Notes: generated from the letters alone by a model not told the origin. Positions 9,998-20,411 are shown, numbered from the stretch's first letter. The stretch: DNA of 64,000 nucleotides from Leptospiraceae bacterium (GCA_040217195.1 JAVJNR010000004.1:448001-512000); one strand, 5' to 3'. Numbers and translations: made by a program.

Positions 9998-11373
9998 AGT
10001 AGCGTGCCGGTTAAAATTAGAACCGCTACTGAGAAATAAATAACCAATCCAGTTACGTCCACAAGCATTGCCACAAAAGGAGCCGATGAGGCGGCCGGGT
10101 CAAACCCCAGGCGCTGCATTACAAGAGGCAACATGGAACCGGTAATAGTTCCCCACATAACAACTCCCAGCAAAGAAATTCCAATTACGCATCCGAGCAG
10201 AATATAATGTTCCCCATAGTCCGGGAAAAAGATCGGCCATAGAACCACTCGGAAAAAACCGATGACTCCCAGGATACCGCCCAGGGTTAAGCCGGCCAGG
10301 ATTTCTCTTCGCATGACAATCCACCAGTCTTTCAGACCCACCTCACCCAGGGCCAGGGCCCGAATGATCAAAGTAGCTGCCTGGGAACCAGAATTACCGC
10401 CGCTGGAAATAATTAGTGGAATAAAAAGACCCAGTACCACAGCCGCAGCAATCTCATCTTGAAAGAAGCTCATTGCAGTGACTGTGAACATCTGACCAAA
10501 AAACAGTAGAATCAACCATCCCACTCTTCTCTTAATCATCTGAAAAAAGCCAGTATGCATATAAGGAGTTTCCAGAGCATCCAGACCACCAAACTTCTGA
10601 ATGTCCTCTGTATGCTCCTCTTCGATTACATCCAGAACATCATCCACGGTAACTATACCCAGTAGAAATCGCTCCGAATTCACCACCGGAAGTGCCACTC
10701 GGTCATACTTCTTGAAAACATCCACAGCATCTTCCCGGTCATCCGTTGCCTGAAGAAAGATAAAGGATTCATCCATCAGATCCTGCACCTTCTTTCGAGC
10801 CGGAGCTAGCAGGATTTCTCTAATTCGCAAATCGTCGATCAAACGTCCTCGATCGTCAGTAACATAGATTACATTAATACTCTCTGAATCTTTTCCATTC
10901 TTTCGAATATGATCCAGTACCTTTTGAACGGTCCAATCCGGTCGAATGGAGATGAAGTCCGGCACCATCAATCGACCTATACTATCTTCAGGATAGCCCA
11001 GATGTTGCACGGCCACGATTCGCTCATCCGGAGTCAATAGCTCCAGCAGCTGCTTTACAGCGAAACCAGGCAATTCTTCCAGAAGGGCGGTTCGGTCATC
11101 CGCCTTCATCTCATTTAGTATAGCCGCAACTTCATTCTTTGCCAGAGTCTTGAGTAAATGTTGCTGCGAACGAAAGTCCAGGTATTCGAAAGTATCTGCT
11201 GTTAGCTCCCGTGGAAGCAGGCGAAATACCACTGCTTTATGATTGTCCGGTAAATCCTCGATTAGTTCGGCCAGATCCCCTGGTCGAAATTCCTTCAAGC
11301 GATCGCGCAAAGCCCTGGACTTTCGTTGTTCAATCAGTTCTGCGATTTCAGGAATGATGATCAGGTCGGACAT
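9994..11373 (-). CDS. mgtE: Magnesium transporter MgtE
   Basis: MgtE N domain, CBS pair (GRLMVPDFI; LPVVN..GIVTVDD) and TM motifs SSGGNSGSQA and DPAASSAPFVAMLVD. Confidence 0.96.
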   Translation of the reverse strand: MSDLIIIPEIAELIEQRKSRALRDRLKEFRPGDLAELIEDLPDNHKAVVFRLLPRELTADTFEYLDFRSQQHLLKTLAKNEVAAILNEMKADDRTALLEELPGFAVKQLLELLTPDERIVAVQHLGYPEDSIGRLMVPDFISIRPDWTVQKVLDHIRKNGKDSESINVIYVTDDRGRLIDDLRIREILLAPARKKVQDLMDESFIFLQATDDREDAVDVFKKYDRVALPVVNSERFLLGIVTVDDVLDVIEEEHTEDIQKFGGLDALETPYMHTGFFQMIKRRVGWLILLFFGQMFTVTAMSFFQDEIAAAVVLGLFIPLIISSGGNSGSQAATLIIRALALGEVGLKDWWIVMRREILAGLTLGGILGVIGFFRVVLWPIFFPDYGEHYILLGCVIGISLLGVVMWGTITGSMLPLVMQRLGFDPAASSAPFVAMLVDVTGLVIYFSVAVLILTGTLL

Positions 11374-11375
11374 AA

Positions 11376-12263
11376 TTAGCTCCTGCTTTCTTCATCCAGA
11401 AATCCTGTAAGTGGACTGGATGCGCTGGCCTGTTTCCAGTTTCCAGAACTACCGGCCACGCCAAAAAGGAAATGCATTCTACCGGCCGTTGTAGCTCTTG
11501 CGAAAGCCTGACCGGCCATTGCCTGATTCCTGGCCACAGCCAGCGCTGTATTGACCAGCACAGCATCAGCCCCCATTTCCATTGCACGGGCTGCATGGGA
11601 AGGAGCACCCAGTCCAGCATCTACCACCACAGGCACCCTGGCCTGTTCAATAATGATTCGAATGCTTTCTTCTGTTTTAATTCCCTGATTGGAACCTATA
11701 GGAGATCCCAGAGGCATAACGGTGGCAGCACCCACATCCTGAAGCCGCAATGCAAGCACTGGATCTGCATGAATATAGGGAAGCACGATAAAGCCATCCT
11801 TCACCAGCGCTTCCGTAGCTCGATAGGTCTCCACCGGGTCCGGCAATAAATAGACCGGATCCGGAGTAACTTCAAGTTTTACCCAGGAGCCGCCGCCCAT
11901 CTCCCGGGAAAGCTGAGCCAGACGAATGGCCTCATCTGCATCCCGGGCTCCGGACGTATTGGGAAGAAGCTGTAGACGATTCCGATCCAGAAGAGAAATC
12001 ATATCTTCCTGCTCCATGGACTTACTGAGATCCACTCGGCGCAGGGCAACCGTGACCATTTCTGTGGCTGAAGACTGCACGGCCAAAAGCATATCCTGGT
12101 TCGAAGCAAATTTGCCCGTTCCTACAAAAATCCGGGAATTGAACCGTCGTCCGGCAATGACCAGGGGACGGGGATCCACCTTACCTAATTCGATGTTTTC
12201 CTGTTCTACGGAGGCACCCGAGGATATCTGCAGGCCTGCACCGTTTTTCGCTGCCTGTTCCAT
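11376..12263 (-). CDS. thiG: Thiazole synthase
   Basis: [58 protein letters not shown] upstream. Confidence 0.97.
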   Translation of the reverse strand: MEQAAKNGAGLQISSGASVEQENIELGKVDPRPLVIAGRRFNSRIFVGTGKFASNQDMLLAVQSSATEMVTVALRRVDLSKSMEQEDMISLLDRNRLQLLPNTSGARDADEAIRLAQLSREMGGGSWVKLEVTPDPVYLLPDPVETYRATEALVKDGFIVLPYIHADPVLALRLQDVGAATVMPLGSPIGSNQGIKTEESIRIIIEQARVPVVVDAGLGAPSHAARAMEMGADAVLVNTALAVARNQAMAGQAFARATTAGRMHFLFGVAGSSGNWKQASASSPLTGFLDEESRS

Positions 12264-12563
12264 AAAAACTCCTGTCTCCAGAATCCTACTTTATTGCCCT
12301 GCTGGCAAGCGTTCCCTGCCAGAGTAAACAGTTAGATGGAAGTATGGAGATATTGCATCTCCAATTAGATCCAGATGGCAAAAGAAAAGGGATTCCAGGG
12401 CAAAGATTGAAGACTGGCTGAATTGCAGACCATTACCTGGAGGGGCAAGACAGAAGGTCTGGCGGCGGCTTCAGGTATCTTGAAAATCGACCATGACTTC
12501 TAAATTTGCATAAACCGGCTGAGCCACCTATTCGGTATCGGAAGTTTTATTTTTGGAACCAGG

Positions 12564-12628
12564 GGCTTTGCCGGGATACAGGCAAAGCCATGGCCGATTG
12601 CGATTTAACCGGGAAATTGCAATCGGCC
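12564..12628. repeat. Two tandem inverted repeats (stem-loops)
   Basis: GGCTTTGCC/GGCAAAGCC (12564-12589, perfect 9 bp) and GGCCGATTGCGATTT/AAATTGCAATCGGCC (12592-12628, 15 bp with one mismatch), just past the OmpA gene stop. Confidence 0.8.
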
Positions 12629-12642
12629 GGATCATAGACTGT

Positions 12643-14328
12643 CTATTTTTTATAAGAGATTCGAATTTCCACTCTTCGGTTTTTGGCTTCAGGTCCCATT
12701 GTGTTCACAAGCTTACGGTCATCGGCGAAGCCCTGCACCTCAATGAATCGACCAGGAGCTATCCCTTTGCGTTCCACCATGGCATTCTTCACCGCTTCAG
12801 CCCTGCGAAGACTGAGAATCTTATTGGATCTATAGGCTCCCACAGAATCCGTATGTCCGTGGACTTTGGCCACTGTATCCGGATTATCCACCAATCCCTG
12901 GGCTACCTGATCAATCAATTGCAATGCTTTCTGAGTAAGCTTCGCACTTCCGGTATCAAATGAAAGGTCACCATCGATGGTAGCTACGATTTCTTTTGTA
13001 TTTCCCGTGGCTTCATCTTTCACTTTTTGCATTTTGAAACCCAGGGCCCGGAAACTGTCCTCCAGTTCTTCCAGAGCGATCCCCTTTCGACCAAACTCAT
13101 CTTTTACGGTATCATAGAGTTTATCCAGGTATTCGCCTACTTCATCCGACGTCGGCTCTGGTTCTTCAGGCGTTTCGGTTTCTGTTTCAACAGGATCGAT
13201 GCGAGCTGGATCCGGCGAGGTGGTAGTAGTATTCACGTCCCCGAGATGGAAGGCCATTCCTACCTTCACGTACAGCTCGGTGCGATAGCCTTTGGAAGAG
13301 GATGCCCGTTCACCCAGACCAAATGTGCTGGATTTCTGGCTGATATCGGTAAGCGGACCGGTCTGGAGTCCGTAGAATTCACTATAGGTTCTGGTCCAAT
13401 CCTCTCTTTCCAGTCCAATGGTAGCGGACAGCCTGCAATATCTGAACTCTGCTTCCAGTCTATGCATCATCCCGCTATCGCTTGCTTTGCCAGACTGGTA
13501 GATTCCAGCCAGATCCAGACTTTCTGCATCGTTTTGATCCCTGAAGTTTACCAGCTGCGGACCGGCGGCCTCAAATGTACCGCTTCGTTCCATAATGTAC
13601 AGCTGATACTTGATGCGCAGATAATCCAGAACGTCCCATTTCAGACCCAGGCCAAATACGAATCCATTTAGATGATAGTTAAGCTTTACGTCTCCAGCAT
13701 TGGCCCAGGTAGTCAGTGATGGATTGCTGGATACGCTATTACTGCGAAGTGTGTATGAGCCATAGGTGGCGGTCAGAGATTCATGCACACTCTGGTATCC
13801 TATGATGGGTCCGGCCCGGAGATTCTTCAACCATCGATGATAATAACCGAATTCATAGATCCTGGAATCGTAGTGATATCTAAGAAGCCTGGTGCCTTCA
13901 AAAAGACTGGTGGCATAGGTGTCATTTCCAGGAAATGCAAATAGAACGCTGGGGCTGGTTTCCCGGGAGAACTTTCGAACTACATTACTTCTATGGTAGG
14001 TAACATCGAAACGGTCTCCATAGGAATACAGCAAAGTTGTACGAATAGGAAAGTAGTCATTTTCATCCCCCTCTCCCAGAGGGATGGCGGCTGGCTGGCC
14101 AGTACTTCCTGAATTGATGGCAGAGTTAATTAACCAGGAGGGACCGGTTTCAGTCATCAGATTCTGTTTTCCGATGGCATATCCCATACCTACATCGAAC
14201 TGTATTCGATGCATGTAGGCATCCAGAAATGGAGTGTCCTGCTTTAGGTCCTGTTCTTCCGCTTTTAGAAGAAAAGGCATAAACAAGACAAGGATGGACA
14301 GGTATTTCAGTCCCAGATTTACTTTCAT
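12643..14328 (-). CDS. OmpA-family protein: signal peptide, probable beta-barrel N-domain, Pro/Thr/Glu linker, C-terminal OmpA-like peptidoglycan-binding domain
   Basis: ORF 12643..14382; likely start ATG 14328 (MKVNLGLKYLSILVLF). Aromatic amphipathic beta-strand region, then LSFDTGSAKL, HGHTDSVG, NKILSLRRAEAV and NRRVEI. Confidence 0.85.
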   Translation of the reverse strand: MKVNLGLKYLSILVLFMPFLLKAEEQDLKQDTPFLDAYMHRIQFDVGMGYAIGKQNLMTETGPSWLINSAINSGSTGQPAAIPLGEGDENDYFPIRTTLLYSYGDRFDVTYHRSNVVRKFSRETSPSVLFAFPGNDTYATSLFEGTRLLRYHYDSRIYEFGYYHRWLKNLRAGPIIGYQSVHESLTATYGSYTLRSNSVSSNPSLTTWANAGDVKLNYHLNGFVFGLGLKWDVLDYLRIKYQLYIMERSGTFEAAGPQLVNFRDQNDAESLDLAGIYQSGKASDSGMMHRLEAEFRYCRLSATIGLEREDWTRTYSEFYGLQTGPLTDISQKSSTFGLGERASSSKGYRTELYVKVGMAFHLGDVNTTTTSPDPARIDPVETETETPEEPEPTSDEVGEYLDKLYDTVKDEFGRKGIALEELEDSFRALGFKMQKVKDEATGNTKEIVATIDGDLSFDTGSAKLTQKALQLIDQVAQGLVDNPDTVAKVHGHTDSVGAYRSNKILSLRRAEAVKNAMVERKGIAPGRFIEVQGFADDRKLVNTMGPEAKNRRVEIRISYKK

Positions 14329-14587
14329 TGGCGATGACTTCACTATAGTTCGGCAGACTGACGCCCAGGATGCACGTCCCATCTTTTATTTTACATAGGA
14401 CGGATTTTTCAGCTCTCAGAACCAGAAGGTTTTACGATGATACCGTGTAGTTACCTGTCACCTTTTACAGTTAACCCTTCGAATGATTTTCAGGTTCTGT
14501 TAGTCAACTTCAGGCAGGTCTGGAATTCTGGAGATTATTTCCCTGAATTGTCTTGAGCAATTATTCCATAGAATCGAGAGATAAGAA

Positions 14588-15262
14588 ATGATGCGGATTA
14601 TCTACGCAAAGCTTTTACCGGTCACCCTGTTAATCCTCTTAGGCGGTAGCTCATGCACCACTTTCCAGGAAGTACCGTCCTATTTTGGATATGACTCCTA
14701 CTGGGGACTATTCTGTGGATGCACCACCAATCGCTCGGCCATCGATCCCGCCACCGATGAAGCTTCGGATAGCTTGAACAAAGTCTATGCCAGAGTAAGA
14801 AACGATTTTGCCGGAAACGGCGAAATACTGGAAGAACTGGAAGACTCATTTAGGGCCCAGGGCTTCGAGCTTCGTAAAGAATTGGATGCTGGCGGAAATA
14901 CCAAAAGACTGGTGGCCATCATTGATGGGGATTTGTCCTTTCCCACCGGTTCCTCTGAGCTAACTCCTAAAGCACTGGAAATTGTAGATAAAATGGGAGA
15001 AGGTCTGGCAGATATACCAAACACCGTGGCCAGAATTCATGGTCATACGGACACTCCCGGTTCCTATCAGGGAAATAAAATCCTCAGCCAGAAGCGAGCG
15101 GAGTCGGTGCGAAAAGCCCTTATTACTCGAAAGGGTATTGCGGCAGAGCGAATCATAGAGGTGCGAGGCTTCGCAGACGATCGAAAGATAATCGATACTA
15201 CCGCTTCCGAGCCCCGAAACCGCAGAACCGAGATTTTGATTTCCTTTAAAGGCGATTCCTGA
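14588..15262 (+). CDS. OmpA-family lipoprotein
   Basis: Lipoprotein-like signal (LLILLGGSSC), then LSFPTGSSEL, HGHTDTPG, LSQKRAESV and NRRTEI. Confidence 0.9.
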   Translation: MMRIIYAKLLPVTLLILLGGSSCTTFQEVPSYFGYDSYWGLFCGCTTNRSAIDPATDEASDSLNKVYARVRNDFAGNGEILEELEDSFRAQGFELRKELDAGGNTKRLVAIIDGDLSFPTGSSELTPKALEIVDKMGEGLADIPNTVARIHGHTDTPGSYQGNKILSQKRAESVRKALITRKGIAAERIIEVRGFADDRKIIDTTASEPRNRRTEILISFKGDS

Positions 15263-15267
15263 TATTT

Positions 15268-17583
15268 TTGGCCATGTTCCGGCCGCGGATTTTGCTTATT
15301 TGTCTGACCCTGGGTCTGGTGGTGTTCTCCCGACCTGCCCTGGCTCGCAGCCTGACGGATTGTCTGGAGTTTGTTGCCCTGGAAAAAGGCTCCAAAGCCA
15401 CTCCAGAACAATTACTTGAAGTTGAATTCCGGCCATTCTCTGAATTAGAGCATATAACGTTCAATGACGGACCTCTGTGGCTTCGTTGTCGTATTAATAA
15501 GCTTCCGGGAGTGAATCCTGATTTAGATTACAGATTACATCTGGCCAATGGTTTTATTCAATTCGTAGATCTCTATATATTGTCGGAAGGAGACAGGATC
15601 GAACGAATTGCCAGATTAAATGCAGGAAGTTCCTTACCCAGGTTCAACGGTAATCGTAACAGGCAACCGGCCTTTCGCCTACCTTCGCTTCAGAATAATT
15701 ACACTCTTATGATTCGGGTACAGACAAAGAGCCGAATTCGAATACCAATTTCTTTACTTACCGAATCTCAATACGAAGCGCAGGAAAGTCAGAACCAAAC
15801 ACTGTTTCTTATATTTTACGGACTGGTTCTGGTACTGTTCGTAACCAATTTCCTGGGGTACGCCGGACTGCGAGATCGCAGATACCTGGAGCTGAATGGT
15901 TATCTGTTTCTTTTTATGATTTTTCACAGCTACATGGACCAATTCTGGCCCGCCGGACCGGGAAACAGTACCTGGATCTTTCAGGTGCTTTGCGCGGCCG
16001 GTCCAGCTTCAGCCAGTATGCTTGCACTTTTCCTGGGTAGCTTTCTGGGAATTACCAGGCAACAGAGAGCCGTTCGAATTCTTCAACTTATCCTATTCTA
16101 TTCCGGCTTGAGTGTAGCCTTGCTTACCCTGGTTAATTACCAATGGGGCATTGTAGCCTCTTTATTTTCCTTACCTCTGTGGCTAACATTAATCCTGGCA
16201 ATCATAGCCCTTTCCTATAGAGAGTCCAGAACAGAGGCACGGTACCTCTCCTGGGCTATGTTTGTTAGCATTCCTCTCCCAATATTGATTTCAATATCTG
16301 ATCTACTTCTGGGATGGGACTCTATGAACATCATTCATTTGACCCGGTTGTTTATGCTGCCAGGAGGACTGATTCTAACGATTTCAGTAACCCTGCGCCT
16401 GAATATTAATAACAGAAATCGACAGGAAGCCCTGGAAGAGGCGGTTAGAGAAAGAACCAGGCAATTGATGACCGAATCATTGCGAAGCGAGGAAGCGGGC
16501 AAAATCAAGGACAATGTGCTACGAATCGTTTCTCACGATATTCGATCACCACTGGCCGCTTTAAAAACGAACCTGCCTCTTTTGAGAAAGGAAGGACTTT
16601 CGGACAACGTTCGCAAAGAGCTGGTTCGGGAAATGGAATCCACCGTCGATGAATTATTGCATCTTTCCAACTGGTTACTGGAATCTTCCAGAGCAGGAAG
16701 CGGTAAACCAGGACTTGAGCCTCGCTGGATCAACATTCAATCGGTTCTAAAAGACATTGCCGGAAGGTATGAGAACTCCTCGGGTGCAGAGCATGTTCGC
16801 TTTCAGGTTTCGGCGCCGGAAGGCTGGGAATTTCTTATCGATCCACCTCTGTTTTCCAGTATGATCTCAAACCTTATTTCCAATGCAATGCCACATATTG
16901 GTAGCGATGGAACCATAGACCTGGTGGCCAACCTGGAAGGCGATTTTGTGCTGCGAATCATGGATAATGGTTCCGGAATCCCGGAAGAACTCCAGCCAAT
17001 GCTTTTTGATCCAACGAAAACTGGACAGAGTACCGAATCCAACAGCTTTCGAGGTCATGGGCTGGGATTGATCCTTTCCAGAGAGATTGCATTGTTACAT
17101 GGTGGAGAACTGGAACTGGAGCATAGCGTTCCAGGAAACACTGTATTTATCTTTCGCATGCCCGGGAATCGAATCTATATTCCAGGCCATGAGATGTCCA
17201 GAGGCCAATCCATTGTACTGCTGGTAGATGATGACCCAGCATTTCGGCAGATGGTGCGAACCCTGTTTTATCAGGCTGAACCTAACCTGGCTACCGTAGA
17301 AGCCTCCAATACGAGACAGGCTCTTCGAATACTTCGAGAGCTTCAGCCCAGGTTAATTCTCACAGATGTATGGATGCCCGGAGAAGATGGATTCCACTTG
17401 ATTCAAAGTCTTGCAGGAGATGAACGATACTCCAGAATACCGGTCTGGGCCATCTCTGCAGACGGAACGACTGAAAAGCAGGCTACTTCGTATCCTAACG
17501 TTACTACTTTTCTAGAAAAGCCCATCCAGCCGGATAAATTGAAAAAACGATTTACCGATTTCTCTCGTGAAAATAGGCGATAA
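15268..17583 (+). CDS. Hybrid sensor histidine kinase: 7TM-DISM extracellular domain and 7TM, HisKA, HATPase, receiver
   Basis: DISM-like periplasmic domain and about 7 TMs. H-box SHDIRSPL, N-box NLISNA, G-boxes DNGSGI and GHGLGL, receiver LLVDDD...LTDVWMPG...KP. Confidence 0.93.
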   Translation: MAMFRPRILLICLTLGLVVFSRPALARSLTDCLEFVALEKGSKATPEQLLEVEFRPFSELEHITFNDGPLWLRCRINKLPGVNPDLDYRLHLANGFIQFVDLYILSEGDRIERIARLNAGSSLPRFNGNRNRQPAFRLPSLQNNYTLMIRVQTKSRIRIPISLLTESQYEAQESQNQTLFLIFYGLVLVLFVTNFLGYAGLRDRRYLELNGYLFLFMIFHSYMDQFWPAGPGNSTWIFQVLCAAGPASASMLALFLGSFLGITRQQRAVRILQLILFYSGLSVALLTLVNYQWGIVASLFSLPLWLTLILAIIALSYRESRTEARYLSWAMFVSIPLPILISISDLLLGWDSMNIIHLTRLFMLPGGLILTISVTLRLNINNRNRQEALEEAVRERTRQLMTESLRSEEAGKIKDNVLRIVSHDIRSPLAALKTNLPLLRKEGLSDNVRKELVREMESTVDELLHLSNWLLESSRAGSGKPGLEPRWINIQSVLKDIAGRYENSSGAEHVRFQVSAPEGWEFLIDPPLFSSMISNLISNAMPHIGSDGTIDLVANLEGDFVLRIMDNGSGIPEELQPMLFDPTKTGQSTESNSFRGHGLGLILSREIALLHGGELELEHSVPGNTVFIFRMPGNRIYIPGHEMSRGQSIVLLVDDDPAFRQMVRTLFYQAEPNLATVEASNTRQALRILRELQPRLILTDVWMPGEDGFHLIQSLAGDERYSRIPVWAISADGTTEKQATSYPNVTTFLEKPIQPDKLKKRFTDFSRENRR

Positions 17584-18286
17584 GCTCTGCAGTAGTTTCA
17601 GCGTTTAGCTTTTCCTTTAGATTGCCTTTATGAAAGGCCACGGTCCGGGCTGAAATATCCAACCTCTCTGCAATTTCCTTATCTTTGAAGCCATGGGCCA
17701 CCAGTTCAAAAACCTGCCATTCTCGTTCGCTTAACTTGGGGCCGTGCTCTCTATGCTGTTCCAGAATGGCCTGTACCTTTTCTGAGAAAACCGGATGTCC
17801 AGAAACAATTCGATCCAGGGCAGCTATAATGTTTTCATTCACATCGTCTTTTAGAAGCACTCCATCCACCTGCAAACGAGTGGCTGCAGCAATAATGGCC
17901 GGAGATTCCTGTTGAGTTACTATTAGAATTCCAGTGTCTGGATAATGCTTTTTTATGTATGAAACGGCCAGAAGCCCGCCGTACTGGGAGGCTTCTCGAA
18001 TCCCCAATCGCTCCATCTCTTCTGTTATCCCGGGTTCTGCCTGATCCTGTAGTTCCGGCCCTGGTGGCATCCCAATATCCAGAACGGCAATTCTAGGTGG
18101 ATTTTGCGAAAATCCAGTAAGTACATCGGCTCCGTTTCGCCCTTCAAAGGATACAAAAAAGGAATTGGATTCACCGATCACAATGCGCAGGCCGGTGAGG
18201 ATCAACTGATGATCATCGGCTATCAGGACTGAATGTTTCTGGCCTTCCATATATTGAACAGGTTTGTAATGCTGCAAACTTTGCAA
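17552..18286 (-). CDS. NarL/LuxR-family response regulator
   Basis: IADDH...VLDIGMP receiver and LSEREWQVFELVAHGFKDKEIAERLDISARTVAFH HTH. True start may be ATG 18250. Confidence 0.93.
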   Translation of the reverse strand: MQSLQHYKPVQYMEGQKHSVLIADDHQLILTGLRIVIGESNSFFVSFEGRNGADVLTGFSQNPPRIAVLDIGMPPGPELQDQAEPGITEEMERLGIREASQYGGLLAVSYIKKHYPDTGILIVTQQESPAIIAAATRLQVDGVLLKDDVNENIIAALDRIVSGHPVFSEKVQAILEQHREHGPKLSEREWQVFELVAHGFKDKEIAERLDISARTVAFHKGNLKEKLNAETTAELIAYFHERNR

Positions 18287-18290
18287 GTCT

Positions 18291-19490
18291 TTGTCTCATT
18301 CAGTGACTCATCCGGCTGTATTGCTCTCATTCCAGAGGGAACATTTTTACTTGATTCATACAGGGATAAATCCCGCTAATGAAGTAGTGGATAACGGACT
18401 CATACCGTTCAGGCCGGTAAGCGGCGCACGGGGACCTCATGCTCAGACCATTGCAACCCATCTTCTGGGGCGAGCGACCTTTATCAACAGCAAGAAGTTT
18501 AAATCAGACCTGTATACAGTAGCCCTGCCCAGCCCGGAAGGGAGCATGGATCGAATTTTGTTGAAGATCCATCGCCAGAAAGTCCGGGAAGCGCCGGCTG
18601 TAATTCTAGTGCATGGGATGGAAGGCAGTTCTGAGTCCGTTTATATCATCAAGCTCACAGAGAAATTGCTGAGCCGGGGCTTTCATGTAGTTCGAATGAA
18701 TCTCAGACAATGTGGCGATGGGCGGGACATGGCCCGTATGACCTACAATGCGGCCATGACCGTGGATCTGCATGCTGCCTGCATTTTTGTTCATGAGAAT
18801 CTAGCTGAAAGAATGGCAGTAGTTGGTTATAGCCTGGGAGGCAATATTACCCTAAAATATATGGGGGAGCCGTCCACAGAAAGGGCCCGCCAGATACGCA
18901 ATCTTCGCAGAGCACAGCCAGATTACCTGGAAAGGGAAAGTCCATTACCCAGGCGCTGGAAAGAGTTTCCTCTTCGATTACCCGAGCGATGGGTGGCTGT
19001 AAGTGCTCCCCTGGATCTAAAGGCTACTCAGGTGAGGATGGATTCAGATAGGGCCAGACTTTACAGAGAAGCTTTCCTGGATGAATTCAAACTTCGCGTG
19101 GATTCAGGCGTTTACGGAGAACTGGCCAGAAATCTGCCCGATGCCCATCGAAGGCCAGACACATTTTATAGATTTGATACACTGTATACAGCTCCGGCCT
19201 CCGGCTACCTGGGTGCGGAGCATTATTATGAAGTTGGCTCCGGAGGCAGCTACCTTGCCAGAATCAAAACTCCAGGCCTTTTGCTTCACTCCCTGGACGA
19301 CCCATTGATTCCCCATGAGCCGATACATGCAATCCCCTGGTCTCAGTACAAAGATATTGAGGTTCATTTTACTTTGAATGGCGGCCATGTGGGCTGGCTT
19401 GCCAGAAAGCATCCGGAATTCCCGGACCGGCGCTGGATGGACTACCGGATTGAAACCTACTTAATGGACTGGATTGGACGCAAGTCCTGA
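18291..19490 (+). CDS. YheT-like alpha/beta hydrolase
   Basis: LVHGMEGS, nucleophile GYSLGG, DDP and GGHVG triad residues. True start may be GTG 18387. Confidence 0.88.
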   Translation: MSHSVTHPAVLLSFQREHFYLIHTGINPANEVVDNGLIPFRPVSGARGPHAQTIATHLLGRATFINSKKFKSDLYTVALPSPEGSMDRILLKIHRQKVREAPAVILVHGMEGSSESVYIIKLTEKLLSRGFHVVRMNLRQCGDGRDMARMTYNAAMTVDLHAACIFVHENLAERMAVVGYSLGGNITLKYMGEPSTERARQIRNLRRAQPDYLERESPLPRRWKEFPLRLPERWVAVSAPLDLKATQVRMDSDRARLYREAFLDEFKLRVDSGVYGELARNLPDAHRRPDTFYRFDTLYTAPASGYLGAEHYYEVGSGGSYLARIKTPGLLLHSLDDPLIPHEPIHAIPWSQYKDIEVHFTLNGGHVGWLARKHPEFPDRRWMDYRIETYLMDWIGRKS

Positions 19491-20356
19491 ATGCATTCAG
19501 TACTAAGCCCCATTTCCTTCTGAACATCCATGGCTGGATCTCGACTATAATTTCGAAGAAAGGCTGAGCCTTCCTTGAAATAGGAATGGGGATTCTGAGT
19601 CTGCAAACTTAGATCTTTATGCGTCTCCTGGAGCATGGTTCCTGTGTCATAGGGACCCATGAGCTGTTCGTAAAAACCAAAGCGAAATACCTTTCCCTCT
19701 TCTTCGAAGGCCAGGGGAGTTATGGAAGAATCTCCGGCATTAAAAAAGTACAGCAGTGGTTTTCGCTCCACCATCTTCTTTCGGATGTCCAGCTTTTTCA
19801 ATGCAATATCAACGCTCATAGGCTGAATGCATTTTCGATCTGATTCTTCATGATCCATAAGTACCGGGCCCTGGGAACTATGGTAGACGAATCTTGTACG
19901 GAACAGAACCCAGGGACCTTTCAATTCCACAATACCTTTTTCGCCGTAGATATTCCTGAATGCCTTTCCCCTGACCCATTCTTCATAGGTATGAATTCTG
20001 TAAAAAATCAGATTTCCATTATCATTTTCTATTTTCAGAAGCTGAGTGGATGAGGAAAGACTGTGGGAGTCAGCAACGGAGTAACGACTGGATACCGGAC
20101 GAAGATAGGTTCCCACCAGGTTTTCCGCGCTCACCGATAGTAATCCAGGGTTCAATTCAGATTCAGCGGAACTCCCGGACTCAGCATCGGAGGGAATCAA
20201 CTCATCGGCCCGGGGCAGTCGATGGATCCAATCCGGTGTAGAAAAACAGGATACCAGGAAATGCAAACTGCCAATGGCGGCGATCATTAGGGCCGGACGC
20301 AGTCCGGGATAAAATCGATAGAAAAGTAATTTGGCTCGGGCGAAATGCAAAATCAA
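19457..20356 (-). CDS. Hypothetical lipoprotein
   Basis: ORF 19457..20506; its first part overlaps the upstream gene, so the start is probably TTG 20356 or ATG 20287. Lipobox-like HFLVSC. Confidence 0.6.
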   Translation of the reverse strand: MILHFARAKLLFYRFYPGLRPALMIAAIGSLHFLVSCFSTPDWIHRLPRADELIPSDAESGSSAESELNPGLLSVSAENLVGTYLRPVSSRYSVADSHSLSSSTQLLKIENDNGNLIFYRIHTYEEWVRGKAFRNIYGEKGIVELKGPWVLFRTRFVYHSSQGPVLMDHEESDRKCIQPMSVDIALKKLDIRKKMVERKPLLYFFNAGDSSITPLAFEEEGKVFRFGFYEQLMGPYDTGTMLQETHKDLSLQTQNPHSYFKEGSAFLRNYSRDPAMDVQKEMGLSTECIQDLRPIQSIK

Positions 20357-20411
20357 CCTACTGAAGGCTATACTTCTGGCCTGGATCTCGAAAGCAAACG
20401 ATAATCTTCGA

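Noticed and set aside
13027..13671. 214-aa plus ORF, and similar 100-200-aa ORFs opposite ubiD, PBP, hflX and leuA
   Set aside because: Fully antisense to well-supported genes, with no recognisable motifs.
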